Part shown: one piece after another, positions 12,564 to 25,772 of the stretch
Layout: each line of letters opens with the position of its first letter
Numbering within the stretch: position 1 is the stretch's first letter
DNA from: Tubiluchus corallicola
Taxonomy: Eukaryota > Animalia > Priapulida
Direction of reading: 5' to 3'
Assembly: GCA_030141605.1 (NCBI GenBank)
Contig: JAQGDQ010000141.1
Span: forward strand, 124,001 to 188,000
Length of the DNA: 64,000 nt
Translations under genes and position numbers: made by a program
Notes under the pieces: generated by a model
What the model saw: only the letters and a program-made list of their open reading frames with translations
Told to the model about the DNA's origin: nothing
The model's database searches: none

Positions 12564-13836
12564 CACTAAATGTTACCAGTCGTCAATGTTCAGCTGACTG
12601 GACATGAGAAGTATTACTACATTCAATTTCTTGAGCAAGATGTCAACATTTTTGACTTCACAAATATATGGCCAGTCTCATACTTGAAAATATTAGCACA
12701 TTATGTGTAACGATGTAAATGTTTTAGTTTAACTTATCTACTTCTTAATTTTATGACAAACGTGGCAGTTGTTTGTGTTCTGTAATTTCTTTATTTGTTA
12801 TATATTTTCAGTTGTCACTTATTTTTTTAGTCTTGGTTTTAGTCTTCGACTCATTTTAGTCTTAGTTCATGGCCTGTGTGAAAAGCAAGCGCTTGATTTT
12901 TTTTGCGTTTAAAGAGTGAATTTCATTGTTATCGTTTTGCGATGTTGATAGCGAGTCACTGTTTAGTTGCTTTGGGTGTACTGGCCATTGTTATAAGAAG
13001 AAAAAATCATGTATATTGTTGTAATGTTAGTATAAAATAGGTATGCAATTGTGTTTTTGTTAAAATGTATATTATTTTGCAAAAGAAATTTTCTTTGTTT
13101 AGTTTATCAGGTTATTAATGCCTTATGCTCTTCTTTGGTATTTCAGGCTGCAACGTACTTATTTTAGAAATTTATTTTGTGTACCGTTGTACCTTCATAA
13201 CCGTTTGTATTGATAGTTTGTTATGAATTTTTGTTATTTTGACAGTATGTAATTTGGTATGTCAGTATTGAAATTTTACTTAGCATGGATTTGATTTGTA
13301 ATAAGTTAATTTATCAGAAATTTGTTTACAGAGTTAAATCCGTATAAAAAAATTCGTACTAGCAGTATTTTTCAGAAATTATGGTAAATAGTGGACAGCA
13401 GAGGAAGGGACACTTTCAACCATGTAGAATAATATAATTTTGAAAATAGTTAAAATTGCAAATTATGAAATATGCTGAGATTACCGAGGGTACTTCTTAA
13501 ATTTTATAATGTCTTTTTACTACCTACTCGAGCTTAATTTGACTCTGCTCTAACTTTTATTTTATCTTTTTACCTTTTTGTTTTTTATGACGAATGACAT
13601 GTCTATCATTTTGGTATTTTGTTCTTGATAACCAGCAATTATAAAATATGAAATGTGGTGTGCTGTAATATTCATAGAAATCCAGCCATTACTCGTATAG
13701 TTATGTGACAAACCTATTCTTTGTAATACTTATGAATTGAAAAATGACAGGTACTTGCTTGTAAAAATTTAAGGTGGGATCAATTAGCAGGTAAATGAGA
13801 ATATGTGATGCTTATGTTGAACTGTAAACTAGCTAA

Positions 13837-14298
13837 AAGTGGCGGCTCTTGTGTAGGCAGTGTTGAACTGCAGCACCCCCTATTTTCACTCAGTAGTATC
13901 GATAACACTCAATATAACGAGACTTTTTTCTTTAATTCTTTCTTTATACTTGTACATTATATAATCCTTGAGTTCAATGTCAGTAGCCGTTCCCTACTGA
14001 AATCTTTATAAATTATAAAATCTTATGAAATTATAAAAATCTTTCTGCGCGCTTCATAGTTCCAATGACGCGGTATATGGCTGTTGTGCACATGTGGCCA
14101 TGCGCACATGTCCGAGGTAAGAAGCTGCACGTTAGGTAGAGACAGCACTATCACTCAAGCAGTGCTGACCTTATTGTGCAAGTGTTTTTTACGAAATTTT
14201 CCTTTTATATGTTTGTTCCGTTTTTACAAAATATTCAAAAAATTGCGAAAAACTTTCTGAAGCGGCACCCCACTAATTTTAGCTACGAGCCGCCACTG
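13837..14298. mobile_element. hAT-like MITE downstream of the IMPDH stop
   Basis: Inverted ends AGTGGCGGCTC ... GAGCCGCCACTG; degenerate 8-bp flanks (ctagctaa / ccaactag). Confidence 0.6.
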
Positions 14299-16403
14299 CC
14301 AACTAGTAATGTAGCAGCATAATGTGCTGTCTCCATGCAAAAAGTCAAGAATCTCAAGGCCCCATGATTAAATGGTTAGTTCCCAAAATGTTAACAGCAT
14401 TAAATACAAAATGAGGATTTAGCATTAACTTCATCTGTAAATGGGATGTTTACATAGCTAGTTAAGCATAAATTGTTATTACTACAATTGCAATGCATTT
14501 ATAAGCAATCACATTCCGATTTATGGCAACTTCAAAGTGGCTTGTTTTTCTTCATTCTTTCTTTCGTTTTTGTACTTACAACCTTGATCCGTCCAGTGCA
14601 TAAATGCTTTACCCAAATTCAGTTCCAGATATGATTATTTTAGATCTGAAACATTTTAAAGAGTTGAGATTTTGTTAAATCATAAAATGCTACCTCATTG
14701 TTTATTAGACAACTTTACTAAAATACCAGAACAATAACCATACTTCTTGTGCAGTGAAACTTTGATTAACCAAACATTTAATTGTAATATTATACTCATT
14801 ATAAATTTGTAACTTAAGATATGCTAGTTTATATAAGTTACCATTTTTAGCTTCCTAGGCCCAGTTATCTAGGTAATTGATTGTTGAAAAAATTACAGCT
14901 GAAATATTCTTCACCTTACGCAGTTACGAGTTGCAAATTTTTCAGCAAGCACTATTTTCAAATTTCTGCAGTTGAAGTTTTTGCGGATGAGTTATACTGT
15001 AGTGGTGATTCAACTGCTTATTAATTGAGCATGTGATTCACTAATTTGAATTAGTAATAAATTATAAATAATAATAATATGAATAGTAATATGCAATAAA
15101 AATGACTGTGTTTATCATATTGTAACTATTCAAAAGTAGAACTATGTACTACTGTATGTTATTTGATAATGCTGTATATCAGAACTTTAACAGTACCTAC
15201 GGGTGCTTAGTAGGTATTTCAGTAGTTTTAAGCCGCTCATATTGTTAATAATTATTGACCAGTTTCTTTTTTTGTTGTTATATATTTACAAAAACAGTTG
15301 TCAAGTACAACTAGAAACGAAATGTTGAAATCGACTAATGAATTTCAAATATTTTTCCTTTTTAATGCACTTGTTAACATTTTAGAGATTCTTTATCTTA
15401 AAAATGATGGACTCTTTTTGCTTTATAGATTTCTTGATGCAATGTGTTCATTTGTACTGGAATTTAATAAACTTATAGAAGAACATTTTTATTATACAAA
15501 ATATGTACCACCTCAAAAACCTGCATATTGCTCTTCTGTGTGTTTATCACAGCCTAATTTATTTCTATTAAAATTTTGTACTAACTGTGCCACATCTTGT
15601 CAGTCAGGTTTCATTATCATTGTGAAATGTGTGATGATCAAGACAGTGTAGTATGAAGATGATTGTTATTCTAAACAGTTGTATACCAGTATTCTTTATG
15701 TATGCTGTACATGCAGCCTGTAGGTTGGATCAGATGAAAGCAATGATTAATCTTGCTGCTCATGCGTGAAATTACATTCCAGTTTCTGTTAAATGCTCAT
15801 TGTTCTTGTTGGATACATGTAATTTATCTTAGTTGGATACCTGTAATTTATCTTAGTATGTGTCGTATTGTATTTTTCTAAATAAAATACTTGGTCTTTA
15901 AATGGTATCTCTTATATCTTTACAGCAGCATTGCTGTTTGCTTTTTTGTCTGGTTTTTGTGTTTGTCTATTGCTAAGAAGGTTTTGCGCTACTGGATACA
16001 AGACTAAAGAAAGCATATTGTTATTATTCAAGCAAAAACAAACAGAATATTAACAGCAATATTCAAAATGGAGGTATCTTTAATATGCATTTTGGTCAAC
16101 TGATTCTTATTCTGTCAAATACTCTCAAAATATTCTCAAATAAAATCAGACTCCAAATATTGGATCAGACGTTTGCGTAAGAAGCAATGCACCTTTTGCC
16201 TACACTTACAAATGCTATTTAACTGTTGACTGACTTATAGTTTGATGAACAGAACTGAATGACGTAACTACACAACGAGCTCAGTCATTAGTGACAATTT
16301 AATGGAAAACAATGTCGGAAAATTACCGTTATTAAACTAATAACAACCGTGACTGTGCTACTGCACATGGTTAATAAACGATTGTGCAATTCCTAAAGTT
16401 ATT

Positions 16404-16962
16404 TTAAACAGGCTGTTTAATCAAGTCTGTGTATGCCTTTATCTTGGTTGAAATGGATAGATCAACATATTTATCTCCTATGCTCACTAACATGCCTCCT
16501 ATAATTGCCGGATCAACTTTAGTTTCTAACTGCAGTGTTTGCCCCTTTTCCAGGAACCCTTGTAAAACGGTCTTCAGCTCCTTCAAGGGTTCGGCTTCGA
16601 GAGGCTTCGCAGTGACAACTTCACAGAGAATCTCCCCCCTCACAGCGCTCATGATCTTCGCAAAAGCTCTGAGCACTCCAGCGGCATTCTGCAGTCTGCC
16701 ATTCTCAGCCATCAACGCGAACAGGTTCGTCGTAATCTGGCTACATTTTTCTTTCTTCAGTACCTCTTCTATTGCTGCTTTTTTATCTTGTTTTTTAAGA
16801 AGCGGATTTTTCAAGAATGCGTCAAATTTCTTGTTTTCCTTGATAATGTTTGAAATGCCAATAAGTTCCTTCTCTACTGCTTCAACTTTCTTCTCTTTTA
16901 CAGCAGCACTATAAAGAGCATGAGCATACCGTCCTTCAGTTCCATAAACCTGGACCGGTGCC
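16404..16962 (-). CDS. ATP5PO: ATP synthase subunit O (OSCP), main exon (APVQVYGTEGRYAHALYSAA...IIGGMLVSIGDKYVDLSISTKIKAYTDLIKQPV*)
   Basis: tttttcAG acceptor on the - strand; GRYAxALYSAA and GG...IGDKYVDLS OSCP motifs; TAA stop at 16404-16406. Confidence 0.97.
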
Positions 16963-17092
16963 CTGAAAAATTACTAATTACAGTGACTACTAATAGTCAT
17001 AGTACTATATAGTCATAAACTAAAAATAGGATAACTAAAAAAGTAATCACTACCGTTACACTGAAAAAGTAATCCTTACATTTAATATTATT

Positions 17093-17636
17093 TTAAGGGG
17101 AAAACAGGATGATTTTTCATATCCTACATATTTTGAAGCGCAATAAAAAGTATACATTTTGACACCTATAATAATGCCAAAGCGATTTTCACAATTAGAT
17201 AATACAAGTTAATTAACGACAGGTGAGGACAACAAATGATAACGTTGCAACTGAACATAATTTTCAATAGCAGGAACGTTCCATGAACATGTTGAATGTG
17301 TTTGGAAAAGCAAAAACTAAGCACGCTGTACAACATTCAGTGTGATACACAAAAACTCGGCAAATTTTTAAAATTTAAATGACATGTTTATCACTGTGCT
17401 CATGCACGAGTTCCCGAATGCGTCCACTACCATCACTACTGAACAAGTCTCTGAACTGAAAGGTACAGCACCTGTTTTTCGTGCGACACATTTCCCAGAC
17501 ACAAGTGCTAGTGTCCATCGAATGGCGAACTACATGCAACAGCGAAGAGCTAGTAGGCTAATTGCAAAATTATATTTCTTTGGAAATAATTCTTTCACAC
17601 AAGTCATTCTTGAAAAAATAGTATGTTCCCTTTCAA
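17093..17636 (+). mobile_element. Kolobok-like MITE, family A copy 1 (ATP5PO intron 2)
   Basis: TTAAGGGGAAAAC ... GTTCCCTTTCAA ends; colinear homolog at 62800-63352. Confidence 0.7.
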
Positions 17637-17771
17637 AGGTTTATAGATTAGATTGTTGTACCAGTTAAAATGGGACCCAGTTTTCGCTTAAACAAGACCT
17701 ACATGTAGATGACCATGCAATATATCATTTAATGACTAGCACATTGCACCACAAACAAAAATGAAAACTAC

Positions 17772-17842
17772 CTTGCCAAGGCTGCAGAAATACTTGATGT
17801 GCTCAACGATCGCACTGCTTGCCCAAATCTTGCTGAAGCCAT
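17772..17842 (-). CDS. ATP5PO: OSCP first coding exon, mitochondrial presequence MASARFGQAVRSLSTSSISAALA(R)
   Basis: ATG at 17842; AG|GTAGTT donor in phase 2 joins the next exon in frame; R/S/A-rich presequence with no acidic residues; exon acceptor at 17866. Confidence 0.92.
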
Positions 17843-18880
17843 TTCAGTCGAGCTATCAAATCATATCTGAAAATGTAAATTTAATTATTTTTTTATTATT
17901 GAAACTGTAGCTGATAATACACTCATATTTCCGTTTGCCGAACCTCGGACAAATCTGGACCAAGGATATTGGAAGAATCAGACAAAATCTGGACAGTTAA
18001 AAAGTCCCGCATACTACAGATGCAGTCCGTTGTTTCACGAGCTGATCGCTAGCTGGAAGGCCGTCACTTTCTTTATATCTGTGTAGCCACATGTATATCT
18101 CTATATATAAAAATATAGAAGCAATTATGCAGATTTATTTGAGTCAATTGCCGACAGTTTTTATATACTTTTGCACAGAAGCTGCCGGTACTAGACATTT
18201 TTGAGACAATTAGACGATTGATTCTACATTACTGTGAGTCTAGGTGCTAGTGCTAGGTATATCTGAATGACAGTCATTCATCTAAAACTGACGGCCAGAA
18301 AAAATAAGCATAATGTGAAGTCACAGAGTCAAAATTTGCATTATTTAGTTTTGGAACCTATTTACAGACTGGCAAAGTTACGAATTTTGTGATACACCAT
18401 TATATTGAATTGCAAAGCCAACCATGGTAATAATTTTAGTTTAAAGGAGGTGAAAATCTACAGCACAATAGCACAAAAATTTAATGATAACAACAATATT
18501 AATATTCACAAGTGTTTTGATGACAGCCAAACCAGTAAATGTTGAGCTAGTTATGTTATTCCGCTTGACCAAGTTCTCACTAATGATTAAAATAATAAAT
18601 GCAGTTTTACACTACAAGCCGCCAGGACCGCATAATTAATGAGATGACCAAATGCGGATCTGATGAGCCGCTAGGTCAACTGTTCCGAATCCGCGGAATT
18701 CGCAGATTCAAGAGTTGCATAGTTAAGGAAGGATACAAGGAGTCAGTAAATCATGATTCCGCCCATTTCTAATGGCCACTATCCAGTCCCTGCTACCTAG
18801 GAGCGTCATTGCATTTAAATGGATATCACTAAAGAGTAACTAGAGTCAGCCAATCAAGTTAGAACATAGATATAAGCTTA

Positions 18881-19603
18881 GCCGGCGCTATTACACTTTC
18901 GCACCGCCTAGCTTTTTATAGGTTATTACGCGTTTTTAGGCTCGTAAGTCATCATTCTATTATTCTTACGTCATCAGTGAATGTTTCCGCTAATCTAATT
19001 GTAATTTAATCCTATTTAGGCATAATTACCAATAATTACGCTGTATTCACAGTTCGACACAGTATCGCCATCTTGTTTGTGTGTGTGGTCACGTGACGAA
19101 TTTCGTACTAGTTTATGCATTATCAGGGCCTAGCTTAAAAGCACGTGACACACTTTCATCTTCACCGCATTTACGAAATAAAGAAAAAACTTTACTTTTT
19201 TTATAATCTAATAGTAATAATACTACAGCAATAAATAAAATTAATGATAAATAACTGTTCCGTTCCAGGCCCACCCGCGATACGATACAAACTCTCGTAG
19301 ATGTAACCCTAATAATCATAAATTATGCGAAGAAACTAAAAATACAGGTTAAGGGCCATCACGTCAATGCGCGAGAGCGACTGCGCAGCAGTGATGTAAA
19401 CACGGTTATTCACGTGCAGCTTTTAATGGCGGCTGTAGGTAAGTAATGCATGATTTTAATCTGGACTTATAAAGCGTACGCCGCAATAATATTATGGGAA
19501 TATGGTGTATACTACGCCTGTTGGTCTGCTTTCTGGCCTGCAGGCGTGAAAACAACCAATAGGCCAGGAAAAGCTAGGCGGTGCGAAAGTGTAATAGCGC
19601 CGC
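18881..19603. mobile_element. PIF/Harbinger-type MITE in ATP5PO intron 1
   Basis: 34-bp perfect inverted repeat cggcgctattacactttcgcaccgcctagctttt; TTA on both flanks. Confidence 0.82.
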
Positions 19604-19791
19604 TTAGCCTAGCAGTTACATGTTCATCATACTTATCATAATATCTGATCTACATCGCAGTAATTCTGTACAGGCAAGTATTCTTTCACTAAATGCAGCC
19701 ACCATGTTTTGAACATGAAAACTCATACTTTTTAATTACAGAAACTAAAATGCTTAAATATGAAACAAAAATTATTAAAAAATAACCTTAC

Positions 19792-19865
19792 CGAAAGGCA
19801 ATGTTAGCAAAAATTTTGTCAGCGGCAATAGGAAAAATCTTTGAAAAGCCACAGATGAGAGCGTA
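19792..19865 (-). promoter_or_regulatory. ATP5PO: Probable non-coding first exon and TSS region of ATP5PO
   Basis: CG|GTAAGG donor at 19791 on the - strand; pyrimidine-rich start region; the ATG exon has its own acceptor, so an upstream exon is required; 5' end approximate. Confidence 0.55.
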
Positions 19866-19936
19866 CAGTGCGGACTTGCGTTTTTCGCTGCGCCTGCTCT
19901 GCTAAGAGTGCCCTTGTCTGCTAAATACTATTAGGA

Positions 19937-20224
19937 CAGTGGTTCCCAACCTTTTCCTTGCCAAGTACCCGTTCTAAATGTGGCGATCTTCAGCGTACCC
20001 CCACCTGATATTTTTCAACAAATCGTTTGAAAAACCAGTTTCCAGAAAACAACGATTAATATTATCGACATTTTTTTGTTTTAACCTGCAACTTGGTGTA
20101 TTTTACCCTTTTCACCGGCTACAGAAAGAAAAAAATGTGTCGATCTGACACACCTTCTGCGTACCCCTGGCATTGCTGTTGCGTACCCCCAGGGGGTACC
20201 CGTACCCCCGGTTGGGAACCACTG
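19937..20224. mobile_element. hAT (Charlie/MER5-type) MITE
   Basis: TIR CAGTGGTTCCCAACC ... GGTTGGGAACCACTG; perfect 8-bp TSD TATTAGGA. Confidence 0.92.
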
Positions 20225-21292
20225 TATTAGGATTATCTGCCCCGGATGTAGAAAGAAAAATGTGTAACGCATCAATCATAAAAAATTTAATTACTTCTCT
20301 TATCTGACTTGTTTATACGTTGTTGTGCAATTTTGAAGACCTCTTTGAGTAGAATGATTTCTCAGATGCAGTGACATTTCATAACTTATAATTATTTGCC
20401 GCTGCTTCGTGATACACTCCTATAACAGGCCAAATATGAGACTCCAAAATCTTAAAGAAAGCACCTATATCGCAGCCTAGTAGTGCCTACTCATAATAAA
20501 TTACGTGTTAACAGCTGAAGGCAGAATTTGTATATGAGGGAAAACAATGTGCATGCTCAATCACAGATTACCCGACCAAAAAAATAATATAGTTGACACT
20601 ATGTGTACAATGTATATTTTTTAGAACCGACTAAGATGAATGTCTAAATTAGTAACTGCTTGATAATTTCATTCCATTTTACAAAAAATGTTTAAATTGT
20701 TGAGAGTACAACTCGACTCTGGTAGGAGAAACCTCAATTTGCGAGCTTTTATTGTTTGAATTAAAGCTCGAACAGTGAGGAGACTGACGACATTTAGACT
20801 AGTCATAACTGAAGTAGAATTGCTATTTCTGAGTAACATGTTTGAGTATTTCGCAGTAATGAAAGGCACATGAATCCGAGGATCTATTTTGCATGGATTC
20901 AATTTCCTGTGACATAAAGTTATCAACACAGAATTTAGGAAGGCGAGGATTAAAAGCTGCATTAAAGCCATGTAGTTTTTAAAAAAGAAAGCTTTTATAA
21001 AGGTTTTGAGTAAATCTGTGAGCCAAGTATTTTATCATTAATCATGATCTAACAACTTATTTTCATTAATGCGAAGGCATACAATGCACCGTAGGTACGT
21101 TTCATTTCTCATAATTTGTGTAAGACTGACCAACTTAGTGACTGCACTTTTGCAAAGTGGTAGCAGGCTGGCTATCTGTTCATTTATAATGTATTTCCAC
21201 TAACTGGGATCAGTCTGAAAGCAAAGCAAAAGTAAATTACTTATAAAATAAATATAATAATAATGGTCAAGCAAAATAATTTCTGTAACAGG

Positions 21293-21293
<1 letters not shown>

Positions 21294-21368
<75 letters not shown>
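21294..21368. repeat. (TAA)n microsatellite
   Basis: Direct reading. Confidence 0.95.
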
Positions 21369-21829
21369 GACTAATAATTAGTCATTGTTGTTAATAAGTT
21401 AAATTTTGTCAGGACTGTGGGTGTTCTAGTTTCGTTGTGCATTAACTATTAATTTTGCTTTATGATCATTGTTCTGTTGACAGAGACGGTAAAAGGATAT
21501 GCTAATTAGGCCTGTTTATTAACAAAGTGCAATCCTTTTCATTGCAATGTACCATCCACTCTGATGCCAATTAAGCCAGTAATGAAACTATCATGTATAG
21601 TTTCAGTTGTAAGGATTAGTGTAAAAAACTAATAAGAAATAAATATTTAAACAGACAACATCTTCACACAAAGTAGTAATTTCGAAACTTATGAAAACAA
21701 CTGGCAATTTGTGACTGGTATAAAATTAATGCTGATTTTCACGCAATATACTACCGTTAACAATCTAATCTTGCTTTATTTTCGAAAGGTTAGATGGCAG
21801 CACAATGGATAAATTTCGCGCGTCGGGAT

Positions 21830-21958
21830 ACCACGTGATTCATGTAAACATCAACACGCATGCATGGCATGCTTTTCTGAAGTGGTGCCTAGATTTATGA
21901 ATTGGAAAATTATTTATTTCGGTGTGGTGTTATTTTGTTTCTTTGCAAGTAATTTAAG
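21830..21958 (+). promoter_or_regulatory. Candidate promoter and non-coding first exon A of the unidentified gene
   Basis: CpG-rich patch, CACGTG at 21832, TGTAAACA at 21843, AG|GTAAGT donor at 21959, GTCACGTGAG at 22094. Confidence 0.5.
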
Positions 21959-22997
21959 GTAAGTTAGAGTATCCTTCAGTACTTAGTTAATTTATGTAGT
22001 TTGTTACCATTAGTCTGCTTGTTGCTTTACACGGTTACACCTTGCAAAATCCAAGTAGGTTTAGTAGAACTAGAAGTAGTTAGATGGCCGGCTGTCACGT
22101 GAGCAAAAAGGAAACAAGCAAAACAACTGTTTTAGAATCGATTTTGTAATAGCTTAGTTACTATAAACAGATTATTCATCTAGATGTAGAACTGTTGATA
22201 CATACTGGTAATACTAAGTAATAGTATTAGTACTAGTACTAGTAGTAATAGTATAACGATGGATTGCCACATAACAGTGGCTTGCCATATGAATTGTATT
22301 ACTTGCTTAAATTATACTCAACATTTGATTATGTAGTAATAATGAGGATGAAACAAAGTGGTTGCATTATATAAAGTCAGTGGGGTTGATTGTTTGCAGC
22401 TAACACCACTTAACCGGCATAGATCACTGTTACGCAACTTGCATATATAATTATGCAACTATTGCATATAATTATGAAATGTATGTTCAGAGTTAAATAC
22501 ATTATATAGTGTCAAGGTTTATCTTTATTCCTGTTCTAGAAGATTAATTCCATTTGTAATTTTATAGGTTCATTTATGCAAACAAGTTACATTTACTAGC
22601 CACCCGTAATGTCCTTTGGACAAATTGGGTAGTTCAGAATGTGTATGTGATGATTAGCAGTTTCTGTTTTGTTACTTTCTGTCTATATTTATGTGTCCAG
22701 AATTGTGAGCTTTTACATTTTCTTAAATAGAACTTGTATGAAATTAAACATATTATTTGGGTTGACAGTTGACAATCAACCTTCTTTGGAAAACAAGATG
22801 TGGGCTTGTTGTGTCACGAGTGCCATGTTTGGTGACTCGACGAGCTGAATAACATCACCATGTCTTTCTAATTGTGGTGGAAACAGCTGAGTGGTCAGAG
22901 CGGTGTGCACTTAGTAACATAGATTAAGCAATGCCTTCACAAAGCCAGAGAACATAATACATGCCCTTTATTAAATAAAGAAATAATGAAAAAATAA

Positions 22998-23515
22998 TGA
23001 AAGAACAAGTCACTCATTATGTTGGGTTTGTTTTGCTGTTATCTCTTAAACTTGCAAAAAACTGTCTATAAGGCATAAATTTAAAACACCTCTGAATAGA
23101 AATTTTCAGGCGTGATGGTTGCCGCCATGCACTTGAAAGTTATGACGTAACTGGTGAACTTCGTGACTTTTCGTAAGCGCATCGTGGCTTTCCGTAAGCA
23201 TGCGCTGCTTAAACTAATTCAAACTTCAGCAGCTTACCTAATGTTCACGCAAAAATAGTACAAAATTAGCTATCCATTTGTTTTGTAAAAACTTATTATA
23301 CTTTTGATGAAGATTGACAGTGCTCTACATTTCTACAGGACGAATGACATCATTGGAAGAAGAATGGTATTGAAAATTGGAGCGCCCAAGCAGCAAGCGT
23401 TTGGTTTACTAATTACGCAAAGCGGTTACTGCACTTTTATTACTAAATCCTTCTAACATTTCTCGCGAACATTGAAATAAGCCTAATTTTCCAGAAGGCT
23501 TGGACTTTCCTTTAA
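22998..23515 (-). mobile_element. Kolobok-like MITE, family B (inverted copy)
   Basis: Reverse-complement similarity to 25773-26307; ends ttccagaaggcttggactttcctTTAA. Confidence 0.62.
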
Positions 23516-24511
23516 AAATTGCTAGAATTTTAAGATGGATTCTGCAGCCAGTTACTAGCAATGGTATTTCAATGACATGACACTAAATGTCTTCTTATGT
23601 ACTAACAAAACTAGTGTTCAGCAGTGAATGACAGATTTTTCACAGTATATACTGCAAGACGACCAGAATTCCAGTCGCAAGATATATAACTACATAAATA
23701 TTGCAGTTAAAACTCCCAATTGTACACTTTCAGCTATACTTATAACACTTTACTTGAAGCAAGATTCAAGTTCGTCTAACAGTGTGGACTGGTAGAACAT
23801 TTGCCAAGTCAAACACCTCAGTCCACTTTGATTAAAGTGCCTCTCTGAGATTATGTTCACTTTTATTGCCCCTCTCTTGCAGCTCCAGTAAACAATGCTA
23901 CATTATTTATCAAGTCAATGTAAATATTTGATATCTGCACTTTGTACACATTTAGTGGAAATGATACTTTTGCCAGTTCTGCTTCACCACTTTTTCATGG
24001 TTCAAGATGCCAAACGTGTTTCAAAAATACTGATTCAAGCCCAGGCCTGCTTCTGGAATAGGAGATAACATAAATTTACATCAATTTGTAAAATTTTGAA
24101 CTATTTAATGATTTTTTATTTTATTCGGTTTCTTCATAGCTTAGAATGTCTTACAGGTCCTTAAAAATGTTCTCTCTTTATACGATAGTTTTGTAACTGA
24201 GGTATAAATGTGTAGAGAGCTTTTAGATGGATGGTTGTTATAGAATTAAAACTATAAAAGCATGGCAAAGGGTTATAGTTGTTTTAGATTGAATTTACTT
24301 ATGTGCACTTTACTGGCTGTACGTGCTAACGTAGAACCTACGCATTTGATGCTTACAAAATATTGCTTTCCTACTGTTCAGAGCTGAATGTTTAAGGAAA
24401 AAAGTTTGCATGTGAAGCTGGCAAAAGATTATTTGCAGATATGTAAGCTCCATTGAAGATTCAAACTTCTGTTTTGTCATTTGTTCTGCTTTGTCATGAG
24501 CTGATAATTAT

Positions 24512-24948
24512 TGCTTTGCTATGAGCTGTATTATTTTACGCGTACATGAATTTAGGACTTGTATATAAATTACAGTCGTAAACTTTAGACTAATTTAGTG
24601 GTGAAAAAACTTACACCGGAATTCGTGCCAGAATAATGATATATTTTCTCGAAATTAACTGCAATGCAGTGGAAGTGAAATGATCGCGTTATAGGCTTTT
24701 GCGAAATGTGGTAGCTATGCTTTACTATGAGCTGATAAATTGACAATAAAAAATTGTTGTATTACGTTATATTTGTATAAATTTAGGACATGTATATAAA
24801 TTACAATCGTAAGATTTAGACTAATTTAGTGGTGGGAAAACTTAGACCGTAACTCGTGCCAGAATGATAATATTTTGGAAATTAACAGCATTGCGGTGGA
24901 AGTGAAATTATCGCATGATAGATAGGGTTTTGCGAAATGTGGTAGCTG
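24512..24948. repeat. Diverged tandem duplication, about 205-230 bp x2
   Basis: aatttaggac..tgtatataaattaca...tttagactaatttagtggtg...ttttgcgaaatgtggtagct occurs twice. Confidence 0.85.
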
Positions 24949-25772
24949 TTCATATTTAGCAAAACATGTTTATTCTATGGCAATATACATTTCTTAATTG
25001 TGAAAGGGAAATTTTATGCTATTTTTAACAGGCCTGTTAACCTGTGCTTTGAAAAAAGAAGCCAGTTGCCCGACGATACTGCAGCTTGTAACTATGGCAA
25101 CAAGCAAAAGCTTTCTTGTTATCTGCTTCTGCACTTCTAGTGTGTATTAGATAAGAGAGATAGTTTAATAACACGGTTTAATTTTAAAAAGTCAACAGGA
25201 ATTTTTCAAAATCATATTCACCTGATCTACGGTCTTTTTATCTAAACTTGCCCTACTCGCATGGGTCAATAAGTTATGGATTGGCAGTCTTCAGAAGTGC
25301 TCTATTCTACCGGAAATTAACGAGCATGCATGTCTGAAATCATCCCTAACTGTGAAATCCAATCTGAAAGTTGCTGAGTAGCCACTAACTTGCAACTTTA
25401 GGCTTTTGAGATTGGAGAGATTCGCAGGCCACTAAGCAACTGAGCAGTGTAAGCAGTCCCCGGGAAGCAAGCGTAATAATGTGCTTCGCGCATTTCAAAC
25501 AGCTTCGTCACCTTTCGAAAATTCAAATATGCAACTCCGACTAAACGTTTGCTAATCAAACATTACAGGCTGGGCTTACTGTAGCTTTAGTTGACATGCT
25601 GTGATTGTACAGGTACAAGTATTTGATTCTGTAACCTGTATTACAGACAGAAAAGGCTTACTAGCTACAACAGGGTTACGAAAAACTCCTCTAGATAAGA
25701 ACTATATAGATTGAAAAAAAAAACGAATGTATGTCTGCCCGTATAATAATCTAAGCTTTTGAAGTTAATTAT

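Noticed and set aside
12561-12569. Stop-codon readthrough at the IMPDH TGA-C
   Set aside because: An in-frame TAA follows after one codon, so any extension would be trivial.
16429-16914. 161-aa plus-strand ORF
   Set aside because: Antisense shadow of the OSCP exon.
20669-21080. 100-aa minus-strand ORF between the divergent promoters
   Set aside because: No recognisable domain or splice support; at most a decayed LINE fragment.
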